In this document: positions 17,487 through 24,563 of the stretch, in pieces
How positions within the stretch are numbered: position 1 is the stretch's first letter
Layout of the letters: each line of letters opens with the position of its first letter
Assembly: GCA_040260805.1 (NCBI GenBank)
Contig: JBDQPD010000049.1
Coordinates: 1 to 24,563, forward strand
DNA length: 24,563 nucleotides
Direction of reading: 5' to 3'
DNA from: Myxococcota bacterium
GTDB taxonomy: Bacteria; Myxococcota; UBA4151
The notes under the pieces: generated by a model
Databases searched by the model: none
What the model saw: only the letters and a program-made list of their open reading frames with translations
Told to the model about the DNA's origin: nothing
Position numbers and translations under genes: made by a program

Positions 17487-19694
17487 CTACAGCGTCCCGA
17501 GTTGCAAAAATATAGCGCCGTGGATCTCACTAAGCGGCGTGTCAGGCGCAGGCACCTGCTTGAGCACGCGGCCGCTCCCGACCACTTTAACCGGCAGCTC
17601 TAACGTTGCGATTTCGGATAAAGCCGACCGAGCATCAAGACCGACAAAGTCAGGCAAGGAGCCTAGCGTTCTTTGGTTCTTGCGCTGCTCGTCAGCCATT
17701 CCTTTGAGGAGATCACCGATCTGCGCCTCGGCAGCTTGGGCATCGTCCTCGTCCACACTCGGTATCAACACCGCGAGCGCTTCCTCGGAGAGTCCATCAA
17801 GCTCGGGCAACTCCATGCCCGCCACGCGGGTCAGCGCAAAATGTGCCACCTGACGAAAGACCGGGCCGGCTGCGACCGCGCCGTAGCGATCTTTAGGAGC
17901 ATCGAGCAAAACACCGATCACGAAACGAGGGTTTTCGATCGGAGCGATACCGACAAAGGAGGCGTAGCGCTTACGGTGTCCCTGATAGCCCAAACCACGG
18001 ACGAGCTTTTGACTGGTCCCGGTTTTTCCGCCCACGCGAACACCGGGCAGACGCGCTGGGTGATGTTTCCCGTGGTGAACGACAGCCGAAAGCATGGGGA
18101 TGATATGTTGCGCTGTCGCTTCGCTCATCAACCGCTCACGCGTCCCGCGCGGCATCACCTCTTCAAGCGTCCCCTTGACCACACGATCCACCAGGTATGG
18201 ATTGATCCGCACCCCGCCATTCGCAAACGCTGTATAGGCGCTGGTAATCGACAATAGGGTCCCGCGAAGAGCGTAGCCAAAGAGCATGACCTCACCGTCA
18301 GTGCGGCTGATCAAGCGCCCATTGCGCAAGCGCGGCAAGGCACCTCGTGGCGGGCGACCGATTCCTAAGGGTGGTGTCCGTGTAATCCCTGCGGTCTCGA
18401 AGTATTGGCGCATCGGGTTTAAGCCCGTGATCCGACCGATTTTGACGACGCCAACGTTTGAGCTGTGGGCGATGATTTCGGTGACCGTACACTTGTCCAT
18501 CTTGTGGTGATCAAAGGTCGGACGGCGCTTACCAGGGATCACGATCCTGCCGTTGTCGCATTCAAAGGTCTGATGCGGCTTAATGGATTGCTCCTCGAGC
18601 GCCTTTGCCACGACAAAGGGTTTCACCGTCGAGCCCAGATCATAACCGTAGAATGACACGCGCTCTTGAAACTCAGGAGCGGTCCGAGCGGCGCCACCCG
18701 AGCCTTCGAGCACAGGCACCGAAGCCATCGCCAAAACAGCGCCCGTTTTGGCGTCGAGCACGACGCCTGCGCCGGCTTCTGCCTGCTGTTGTTCGACCTG
18801 GTTGATCAGCGCCTGCTCAAGGCTCGCTTGAACGCGCTGATCGATGGTGAGGTAGACGTCACCGCCTGCAAGCTCATCGGAAACAGGGATCTCATCTTCA
18901 GGCAAGAACCGACGGCGACGATCACGCGCTCCACGCACCAGCTGACGGCGCGGGTTCAACGCCGAATTCATGGCGCGCTCGATCCCCTCAATCCCTTTGA
19001 GGTTTCCGTCGGTAAAGCCAATAATCTTAGCGGCGAGGATTCCTTCTGGATAACTACGCTCCGGCTGTTGTTCGATCACCACAGCTGCAAAGTAGCCCGG
19101 CACCGCACCTTCTGCGCGCGCTTCTAGAGATACCTTCTTACCGATTCGAGCCTTTGATTTAAGCCGCCGCAGTTGCTGACCGTGGTCTAAGCTTTGTCTT
19201 TTGAGGACTGAGACGTAGCGCGGCAACGTGCGGATCGCTTCTTTGATCTTCTTTTTAGACTCATAATCGCGCGCATCATGCAGTTCTTGGTGGAGCAAAA
19301 TACCCCGCAGGACTTGGATCCCGATCTTGCTTGAGAGCGTTTCAACATCAGCCTTTTCAAGCCCAAGCTGGCGCGCAAAGTCGGCCAGAAACAGATCGAG
19401 ATCACCGCCCGCAACCGCCAGCTCACGACTCAGAATTCTCAAGTCCAAGCTGAGCTGAACGGAGGGACGAGTGACCGCTAGAGCCACCCCATTGCGATCA
19501 AAAATACTGCCACGAAAACTTTCGACCGCAGTCTGTCCACCGCGCCGATCGGAGACGGCGGCAAGCTCATCGGCAAAGACCATCGGCATGACCGCGGCTC
19601 GACCCACGACTGCGATCGCGAGGACTGCGGCGATCCCCATCGCCCAGTTCAGGCGAGCGGTCGTCAACATCGCCGATTGAGGCCGCCGACTCAT
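17487..19694 (-). CDS. ftsI: Class B penicillin-binding protein FtsI/PBP3 with C-terminal PASTA domain (~735 aa)
   Basis: N-terminal TM, RGSIFDRNG, RSYP, GIEGIE, LTID, SxxK (STVK), SxN (SSN), KTG, and PASTA-like LPDFVGLDARSA...GSGRVLKQVP. Start moved to ATG 19694 (ATGA with the ftsL stop). Confidence 0.96.
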   Translation of the reverse strand: MSRRPQSAMLTTARLNWAMGIAAVLAIAVVGRAAVMPMVFADELAAVSDRRGGQTAVESFRGSIFDRNGVALAVTRPSVQLSLDLRILSRELAVAGGDLDLFLADFARQLGLEKADVETLSSKIGIQVLRGILLHQELHDARDYESKKKIKEAIRTLPRYVSVLKRQSLDHGQQLRRLKSKARIGKKVSLEARAEGAVPGYFAAVVIEQQPERSYPEGILAAKIIGFTDGNLKGIEGIERAMNSALNPRRQLVRGARDRRRRFLPEDEIPVSDELAGGDVYLTIDQRVQASLEQALINQVEQQQAEAGAGVVLDAKTGAVLAMASVPVLEGSGGAARTAPEFQERVSFYGYDLGSTVKPFVVAKALEEQSIKPHQTFECDNGRIVIPGKRRPTFDHHKMDKCTVTEIIAHSSNVGVVKIGRITGLNPMRQYFETAGITRTPPLGIGRPPRGALPRLRNGRLISRTDGEVMLFGYALRGTLLSITSAYTAFANGGVRINPYLVDRVVKGTLEEVMPRGTRERLMSEATAQHIIPMLSAVVHHGKHHPARLPGVRVGGKTGTSQKLVRGLGYQGHRKRYASFVGIAPIENPRFVIGVLLDAPKDRYGAVAAGPVFRQVAHFALTRVAGMELPELDGLSEEALAVLIPSVDEDDAQAAEAQIGDLLKGMADEQRKNQRTLGSLPDFVGLDARSALSEIATLELPVKVVGSGRVLKQVPAPDTPLSEIHGAIFLQLGTL

Positions 19695-20008
19695 GGCAGA
19701 CGCCAACGCTGGTGCGGCCGCGCTCGGGTGAGCCCCATCATGCGCGCAGCCCGGCTGAGACTCTCGCGACTGCTCAAGGCTTGCCATTCGGCTTCTGCTC
19801 GACGAGCGCGCCGGCTCCAGTCTCGTTCCTCTTGTGCGACTTGAGACAAAGAATATTGGACCCGGCGGGTCTCGACCCGAGCCCAGGTCAGAACCAAAAG
19901 GGCGCAGAGCAGAGGAACCGCAGTCCAAAACAAGAAGACACCAAAGCTGACACGCTCACTGCGCTCGCGCTTTCGAACTCCGGACAATGTGGTGCTGCGG
20001 ACGGTCAT
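19691..20008 (-). CDS. ftsL: Cell division protein FtsL, 105 aa
   Basis: Basic N-terminus, one TM, then coiled coil ending AEWQALSSRESLSRAARMMGL; lies between rsmH and ftsI with ATGA overlaps on both sides. Confidence 0.82.
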   Translation of the reverse strand: MTVRSTTLSGVRKRERSERVSFGVFLFWTAVPLLCALLVLTWARVETRRVQYSLSQVAQEERDWSRRARRAEAEWQALSSRESLSRAARMMGLTRARPHQRWRLP

Positions 20009-20955
20009 GACTCACCCAATCGTCGAACCGCACGGAGTTGTGCGCTGCGCGCTCGAGGGTTCTCTTGAACTTCTAACTCATCAGGACGGACCGGCTTCCG
20101 ACTCAACGCATCAAAGCGGCGATGCCGAATCGGTTCACGGTGGGCTGCCATGGGCGGACCATAGTCATCTTTGGTCTCAAGCCGGACCCATGATTTAACC
20201 AAGCGATGCTCTAAGGAATGAAAGGAAATGAATGCGGCCCGTCCGTGCGGAGCCATCAGGTCAGGTAACGACTCCAAGAGTCGCTCGATGACTTGAAGCT
20301 CGCGATTTACCGCAATGCGAATCGCTTGGAACACTTGGGTCGCTGGGTGCTTCTTTCCCGGGCGAGGCCATCGCCTCAGAGCCCCGCAGACGACTTCAGC
20401 AAGCTGTCCGGTCGAACGGATCGGGCGCTCAGCTACAATCGCAGCCGCAATTCGTCGACTCGCTCGTTCTTCACCGTAGCGGAAAATCACGTCCGCAAGC
20501 TCCTTTTGCTCGACCGATGCAAGCCAATCACCAGCGTCTTCATCGGCGCTCTGATCCATGACCATTCGCAACGGCTCGTCCTGCCGAAAACTAAAGCCCC
20601 GACCTGGCTCATCGAGTTGCATGCTCGAGACACCGAAATCGGCGAGCAGGCCATCCACTCGATCAACCCCTTGGTCTCGCAGTAAAGTCGCTAAGTTCTC
20701 AAAGTTCCCGCGCAGTAAGGTGATACGATCATCAGCAGCCAAACCGCTGCGCACCGCTTCGCTGTGAGCGCGCTCATCTTGATCCACACAAAAGAGCTGC
20801 GCATCGCCCGGAAGTTCAGCCAACAACGCAGCGGCATGCCCACCGGCTCCAAGCGTACAATCAACAAAAACACCGCCGCGCTCAGGGGCGAGCGCGTGCA
20901 GACATTGACGTAATAATACGGGCACATGGGGGCGCATGTCAGCCCCGCCGCCCAT
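20005..20955 (-). CDS. rsmH: 16S rRNA m4C1402 methyltransferase, 316 aa
   Basis: HVPVLL, DCTLGAGGHA, GVSSMQLD..RGFSF, YGEE, HPATQVFQAIRIAVN, ISFHSLE, NPRARSA. Confidence 0.97.
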   Translation of the reverse strand: MGGGADMRPHVPVLLRQCLHALAPERGGVFVDCTLGAGGHAAALLAELPGDAQLFCVDQDERAHSEAVRSGLAADDRITLLRGNFENLATLLRDQGVDRVDGLLADFGVSSMQLDEPGRGFSFRQDEPLRMVMDQSADEDAGDWLASVEQKELADVIFRYGEERASRRIAAAIVAERPIRSTGQLAEVVCGALRRWPRPGKKHPATQVFQAIRIAVNRELQVIERLLESLPDLMAPHGRAAFISFHSLEHRLVKSWVRLETKDDYGPPMAAHREPIRHRRFDALSRKPVRPDELEVQENPRARSAQLRAVRRLGES

Positions 20956-21461
20956 TAGAGAAGGCCGCCGGCTTGTCCCCGGTAGGATACCAGCTCAGCT
21001 CCGCTTGGCAGCGCCAGTTCCGCCTCTTCGATCTCACGAAACAAAGCCCAATGCTCTGCACTAAACAGCCGCAGCTTATTGCGCTCACCCAACCAGTTGA
21101 GCTCACCCGTCTCGAGACCAGCGAGCGCCCGAAGTGGTTTGGGTACGACAATGCGGTCACTTCCATCTCGGGTGATCTGGACGGCATGTCGATTGAAACG
21201 CCGCCAAACGGCGCCCCGCACTGGGTCGTTCGGGTAGCGCTCCAACATGGCGAGCGCCTCCGCAACATCTTCAGGGGCGAGCAAGAGCAGATGAGCAGGT
21301 CTTTGGGTGTCTGGTGAAAGCCCGATCACGAGGCTTCGCTCTTCTCCGGGGCTCTGCGCCTGGATCCGTGGAAGCCAGGTCGCCGGCACGGGTGTTCGCC
21401 ACACCTTATTCAAGGTGGTCTGAGCACATCCAACATAGCCGTGAGCTCGAGCCAGGCTCAT
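20955..21461 (-). CDS. mraZ: Divergent MraZ transcriptional regulator, 168 aa
   Basis: First gene of the operon, TAATG-coupled to rsmH. Second AbrB-like repeat is recognisable (DGSDRIVVPKPLRALAGL..ELNWLG...LRLFS..HW); first repeat is degenerate (TLNKVWRTPVP). Confidence 0.8.
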   Translation of the reverse strand: MSLARAHGYVGCAQTTLNKVWRTPVPATWLPRIQAQSPGEERSLVIGLSPDTQRPAHLLLLAPEDVAEALAMLERYPNDPVRGAVWRRFNRHAVQITRDGSDRIVVPKPLRALAGLETGELNWLGERNKLRLFSAEHWALFREIEEAELALPSGAELVSYRGQAGGLL

Positions 21462-21470
21462 CTACCGCTT

Positions 21471-21520
21471 CCCCATTCAAAGACATTTCGACACAATCAA
21501 CACCAATCATATACAATAGG
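21471..21520 (-). promoter_or_regulatory. Five 10-bp-phased direct repeats, candidate MraZ operator
   Basis: Minus strand CCTATTGTAT ATGATTGGTG TTGATTGTGT CGAAATGTCT TTGAATGGGG: A(T/A)TG(T/G) recurs exactly every 10 nt immediately upstream of mraZ. Confidence 0.6.
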
Positions 21521-21660
21521 GTTCTCAAGCATTCAAGGCCGCATCCCTGCGCTTGCAAGAGCATTCCCCAAGCTTTTGAAAGCACGGCATCGGCCGCTTA
21601 AAGCGGAGCGAGTTTTCAACAAGAAATACACGGGGGCGTTGGCGCATCGATCATGCGCTC

Positions 21661-21677
21661 AAAAGCCGATCTCGGCT
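21661..21677 (-). terminator. Possible weak intrinsic terminator after tatA
   Basis: Minus strand AGCCG-AGAT-CGGCT followed by TTT, 24 nt after the tatA stop. Stem and U-tract are both short. Confidence 0.3.
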
Positions 21678-21701
21678 GGCTAGACTGTTTGGAACGTCGC
21701 T

Positions 21702-21860
21702 TTAGTCGATCGTCTCGGCGTCGGCATCATCTTTGCCTTCCACCGCTCGTCGATAACCGGACTTCGCCTCGCCCATGGCTTTGAGCAATCCAGGGATTCT
21801 CGAGCCACCGAAAATCAGAAGCACCACACCGCCAATAATGAGAAATTCGGCCATACCCAT
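21702..21860 (-). CDS. tatA: Twin-arginine translocase TatA/TatE subunit, 52 aa
   Basis: Not in the ORF track. Manual translation MGMAEFLIIGGVVLLIFGGSRIPGLLKAMGEAKSGYRRAVEGKDDADAETID shows G..E, a TM helix, the FG hinge, an amphipathic helix and an acidic tail. SD AGGAG upstream. Confidence 0.9.
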   Translation of the reverse strand: MGMAEFLIIGGVVLLIFGGSRIPGLLKAMGEAKSGYRRAVEGKDDADAETID

Positions 21861-21869
21861 GGTGAGCTC

Positions 21870-22766
21870 CTAAAAGTGAGCGCTCAGGCCCACGCTGATC
21901 GCATGCTGGTCAGGACGTTCCCGATCATCGATCGGCACATCGTGTTGTACCGTGAAGGCGAATAAGATGCTCTCGATACGCAAGCCGTAGCGAACCCGGC
22001 TCCACTGGTTGTCCGCATCATCAAGAGCCAGCGGATCATAGACAATCAAACGGTCAGGGCACTGGTTGATCGGCTCGTCAGCGTCCTCGCAGCCAGCATC
22101 TCGCATCGTCTGGAAGGCTGGGTTGATCAGCAGGTGGCTACCCGCTTGAACCAGTAAGAAGTCAAAGCCAAAGAATGGCGACAGCGTCAAACGGCCCGCA
22201 ATGCTCTTTCGATACGATACCGTCGCGCCCGCAGCGATCGTGGTCAGATCCAAATCTGTCGAGCCCAACATCCGGTTAACCGAAGCTTGAACCGAGATAT
22301 CGGGTGAGTAGCTCTGCTGATAACCTTCGAGCAAACCGATCCGGACCCGACCTCCTAGCGCCAAGGTTTGGCTGTTTTCAAGCCAGGTCAGATTGGTCCC
22401 AAGCTCAAGTCCGAATGGGAGTCCTTTGCGGACCTCGATCGTCGTCGTCGACAAGGTGTCCGGCGCATTGGTGGCGCCGTCCAGATCCATCACACCACCC
22501 TCTGACACGTCGGTCCAGTAAGGCCTTGTTTGGTGGATGTTGTGGCTGCTGTAACGCAACGTGTACTCAAAACCGCTGTGTCCCGTCGTGCGCGCAGGGC
22601 CGATGTGGAGTGGCGCAAGCACCAACCCCATCTCTTGTGCCAAACTACGATACTTCGCTTTGTCAGCAGGGGTATCGCCCAATTTGCTCAAGCTCACGTC
22701 GTAACTACGTGCCCAACTCGGAGCACTCAAGAGCAGAGCAAAGCTGATTCCAACGAGACGTAACAT
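21870..22766 (-). CDS. Secreted protein, probable outer-membrane beta-barrel, 298 aa
   Basis: Sec signal peptide ending APSWA, alternating amphipathic strands (EVRKGLPFGLELGTNLTW, LGGRVRIGL, RVRYGLRIE) and C-terminal ISVGLSAHF with terminal Phe. Confidence 0.65.
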   Translation of the reverse strand: MLRLVGISFALLLSAPSWARSYDVSLSKLGDTPADKAKYRSLAQEMGLVLAPLHIGPARTTGHSGFEYTLRYSSHNIHQTRPYWTDVSEGGVMDLDGATNAPDTLSTTTIEVRKGLPFGLELGTNLTWLENSQTLALGGRVRIGLLEGYQQSYSPDISVQASVNRMLGSTDLDLTTIAAGATVSYRKSIAGRLTLSPFFGFDFLLVQAGSHLLINPAFQTMRDAGCEDADEPINQCPDRLIVYDPLALDDADNQWSRVRYGLRIESILFAFTVQHDVPIDDRERPDQHAISVGLSAHF

Positions 22767-22775
22767 GGCCGAAAC

Positions 22776-23543
22776 CTAGTCTTCGGCCGATAGCGGGTCA
22801 AGCTCGATCACCGGTATCGCGTCCCCTTCGAGGTTTGGCAGGGCACCACGACTGGCCAGATGACGAAACCGTGCGATCCGCCGACGAGCCATTGTTGACT
22901 TGGAGTCTCGGGCTAAGGCGTTGAGATCATGCTGAGAAAGCATCAATGATAGCGCGCAACCCCATCGGTCGATTAAGGTCTCGTTACGAGCTAAAGATCG
23001 TATCGCCGGATACTCGCAACTCCACTTGTCGGATTTGAGGACCTCTCGAGCGACCGCAAGGGGCAGCGGGCGCCGCGTCGTCATGCGCAAAACCTCTTGA
23101 GTTCGAATGCGCGGAGAATCAAGTAAAGCAGCGATCACACGAGGCTCATGGTCAAAGACAAGTCGCTCCATCATGTTGATCGGAGCGCGGCGAGCCAGCG
23201 CAACTCTTCGACCCACGCCTTGCTCCAACAATTCGCGATCGAGGATGGGTCGAGCTAAAACAGCACCTGGCTCCTCAGGGAGGCGAAAAACTTCAGCCAA
23301 GTCCATCCGGCCGCGCGCTCGTGCGGCTTCAAATAAAACAGGCCAGTGCTCGGCGGGGGGCGGCTCAAGGATGAGCGCCCGCACGATGGCTAAAGCCGAC
23401 GCTCGTCGATGCTGAGGCGGAGCTGACATCCCCAGCCCTTGCGCTTCAAGCCAATCGAACCAGTCGTCATTAGGGACCTCTGCCAGACGCAGCGATGCCG
23501 TGGTCAGACGTAACGCTGGGTCATTCAGATGGTGGAGATCCAT
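22776..23543 (-). CDS. Hypothetical alpha-helical (HEAT/LRV-like) protein, 255 aa
   Basis: Tightly packed between neighbours (gaps of 2 and 9 nt). GRRVALARR..MERLVFDHEPRVIAALLDSPRI..EVLRMTTRRP..IRSLARN suggests short helical repeats. Confidence 0.65.
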   Translation of the reverse strand: MDLHHLNDPALRLTTASLRLAEVPNDDWFDWLEAQGLGMSAPPQHRRASALAIVRALILEPPPAEHWPVLFEAARARGRMDLAEVFRLPEEPGAVLARPILDRELLEQGVGRRVALARRAPINMMERLVFDHEPRVIAALLDSPRIRTQEVLRMTTRRPLPLAVAREVLKSDKWSCEYPAIRSLARNETLIDRWGCALSLMLSQHDLNALARDSKSTMARRRIARFRHLASRGALPNLEGDAIPVIELDPLSAED

Positions 23544-23545
23544 CG

Positions 23546-24562
23546 CTAGCGCCGAGGGCGCTTTTTCCGGCGCTTGATCCGGCGGCGCTTACGCTTTTGC
23601 TTACCCGCGGTCCCGCGATCGATCACACGCTCAATGGGTTCGCGCTTGAAGGTCACCGAGACCAGATTGTCCGGAATCACCTGGAAATGATTCGCCTCTT
23701 GAACGACCATAAAGGGCAGCTCTTTGCCCGCCTCCACGCTGGTACGGACCTTAGGACTGCTCAAGGTTTTCGTCATCAGAGCCTTGAGTTGGTCGAGGTC
23801 CTCGCACCCGCGAACAGCGTCGAGTGAAAGCGCCGGGTCAGGCTGAGCGCAAAACAGATTCTTGCCGGCACAGATACCCATGGCGGCGCCACCGGCACGC
23901 AGCGTCGCCTGTCCAAACTCACCCGCGCCGCTGGTTTCAGCGGTGATCACAACCTTGATGCCTTCGATCCGGTTCTCGCTGCCGTTAATGAAGCCGCCAG
24001 TCCAAACCCGCCACAGCTTTCCGCCGTCGCTCTTGACGATCGTCTGCGTGATCCCCGTCCAGCCCCGACCGACCATTTGCTGCTCAGTTTTCTCGTTGAT
24101 CCGTCGTGTTGACCCGACGACTCTTAAACTTTTTTGGACGGCAACCTCGTAAGCCGCTTCGGCGTTCTCACGGTCAGCGGCAGCGCGCCAAAGCTCAGCG
24201 GTTCGCCGATACTCCGAGTGCTCTTTGGCGACGATCTTCATCTCGTACTGATGAAACGTGAACATCGCCAACGTGCCAAAAGTGATGCCGGTAAAGAACA
24301 GCAGCATGATCCCTGAGTTGGAGCTCGAGAAAAAGCCGCTCTTCTTTTCCTCGGCCGATTCCGAGGCTGGCTTACGGACTTTGAATTCGGCATCGTCATA
24401 AGGGTCGGCCCTGCCCGCCGGCTCAGAGGCTGCGTCGGCCGGCGGCTCGGAGGCTGCATCAGCCAGCGGCTCAGAGGCTGCCTCAGCGGGCGGCTTGGAG
24501 GCTGCATCGGCCGGCGGCTTGGAGGCTGCGTCGGCGGGCGGCTCGGAGGCTGCCTCGGCGGG
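23546..24562 (-). CDS. Bitopic membrane protein, possibly DUF3426-like; 5' end lies beyond the window
   Basis: The frame of the 23546..24307 ORF stays open to the window edge: ...(PPADAASE)n-AGRADPYDDAEFKVRKPASESAEEKKSGFFSSSNSGIMLLFF.... It has a low-complexity linker, one TM, a beta-rich domain (WTGGFINGS..IEGIKVVI...AGKELPFMVV) and a polybasic tail. Confidence 0.7.
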   Translation of the reverse strand, partial: PAEAASEPPADAASKPPADAASKPPAEAASEPLADAASEPPADAASEPAGRADPYDDAEFKVRKPASESAEEKKSGFFSSSNSGIMLLFFTGITFGTLAMFTFHQYEMKIVAKEHSEYRRTAELWRAAADRENAEAAYEVAVQKSLRVVGSTRRINEKTEQQMVGRGWTGITQTIVKSDGGKLWRVWTGGFINGSENRIEGIKVVITAETSGAGEFGQATLRAGGAAMGICAGKNLFCAQPDPALSLDAVRGCEDLDQLKALMTKTLSSPKVRTSVEAGKELPFMVVQEANHFQVIPDNLVSVTFKREPIERVIDRGTAGKQKRKRRRIKRRKKRPRR

Positions 24563-24563
24563 C
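24419..24563. repeat. 24-nt coding tandem repeat, at least 6 copies
   Basis: Units approximating cggctcggaggctgcgtcggccgg start at 24419, 24443, 24467, 24491, 24515 and 24539. On the minus strand they encode P(P/L)A(D/E)AAS(E/K)-type octapeptides. Confidence 0.92.

Noticed and set aside
19695..19928. 78-aa N-terminal extension of FtsI in the ORF track
   Set aside because: Overlaps ftsL in another frame. ATG 19694 gives an ATGA coupling and a normal short cytoplasmic tail.
21590..21660. Short palindromes (ccgcttaaagcgg; gcgcat-N5-atgcgc) as an ncRNA or riboswitch
   Set aside because: Stems are only 6 bp in GC-rich DNA and match no RNA family I can recognise.
24238..24507. 89-aa minus-strand ORF with MQPPSR repeats
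   Set aside because: Alternate-frame reading of the 24-nt repeat; the frame continuous with the downstream membrane protein is preferred.
24419..24563. Possible CRISPR array
   Set aside because: Units are head-to-tail with no unique spacers and keep a reading frame; no cas genes are present.

Overview
GC-rich bacterial DNA. Protein features suggest Myxococcota or another deltaproteobacterial lineage (inference). Every credible gene is on the minus strand. The core, about 1930-21461, is a tightly coupled division and cell wall (dcw) operon: mraZ-rsmH-ftsL-ftsI-murE-murF-mraY-murD-ftsW-murG-murC-murB-like-ftsQ-ftsA-ftsZ. It is extended by a stand-alone CinA-C/PncC gene and a second, divergent ftsA paralog. 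The operon is unusually remodelled: no ddl, a MurB with eroded FAD-binding and catalytic motifs, an FtsZ with an acidic repeat-built N-terminal extension and a ~280-aa linker, and a divergent MraZ preceded by five 10-bp-phased repeats. Downstream is a separate unit with a sigma28-like promoter candidate. It holds a DUF1521/MIIA-like protein with long inserted beta-rich segments, coupled (TAATG) to a SycD/LcrH-like TPR chaperone gene that the ORF track missed and that runs off the left edge. Upstream are tatA (also missed by the track), a probable outer-membrane beta-barrel protein, a helical hypothetical protein, and a 5'-truncated membrane protein with a 24-nt tandem repeat. Family calls come from motif recognition by eye; no database searches were run.
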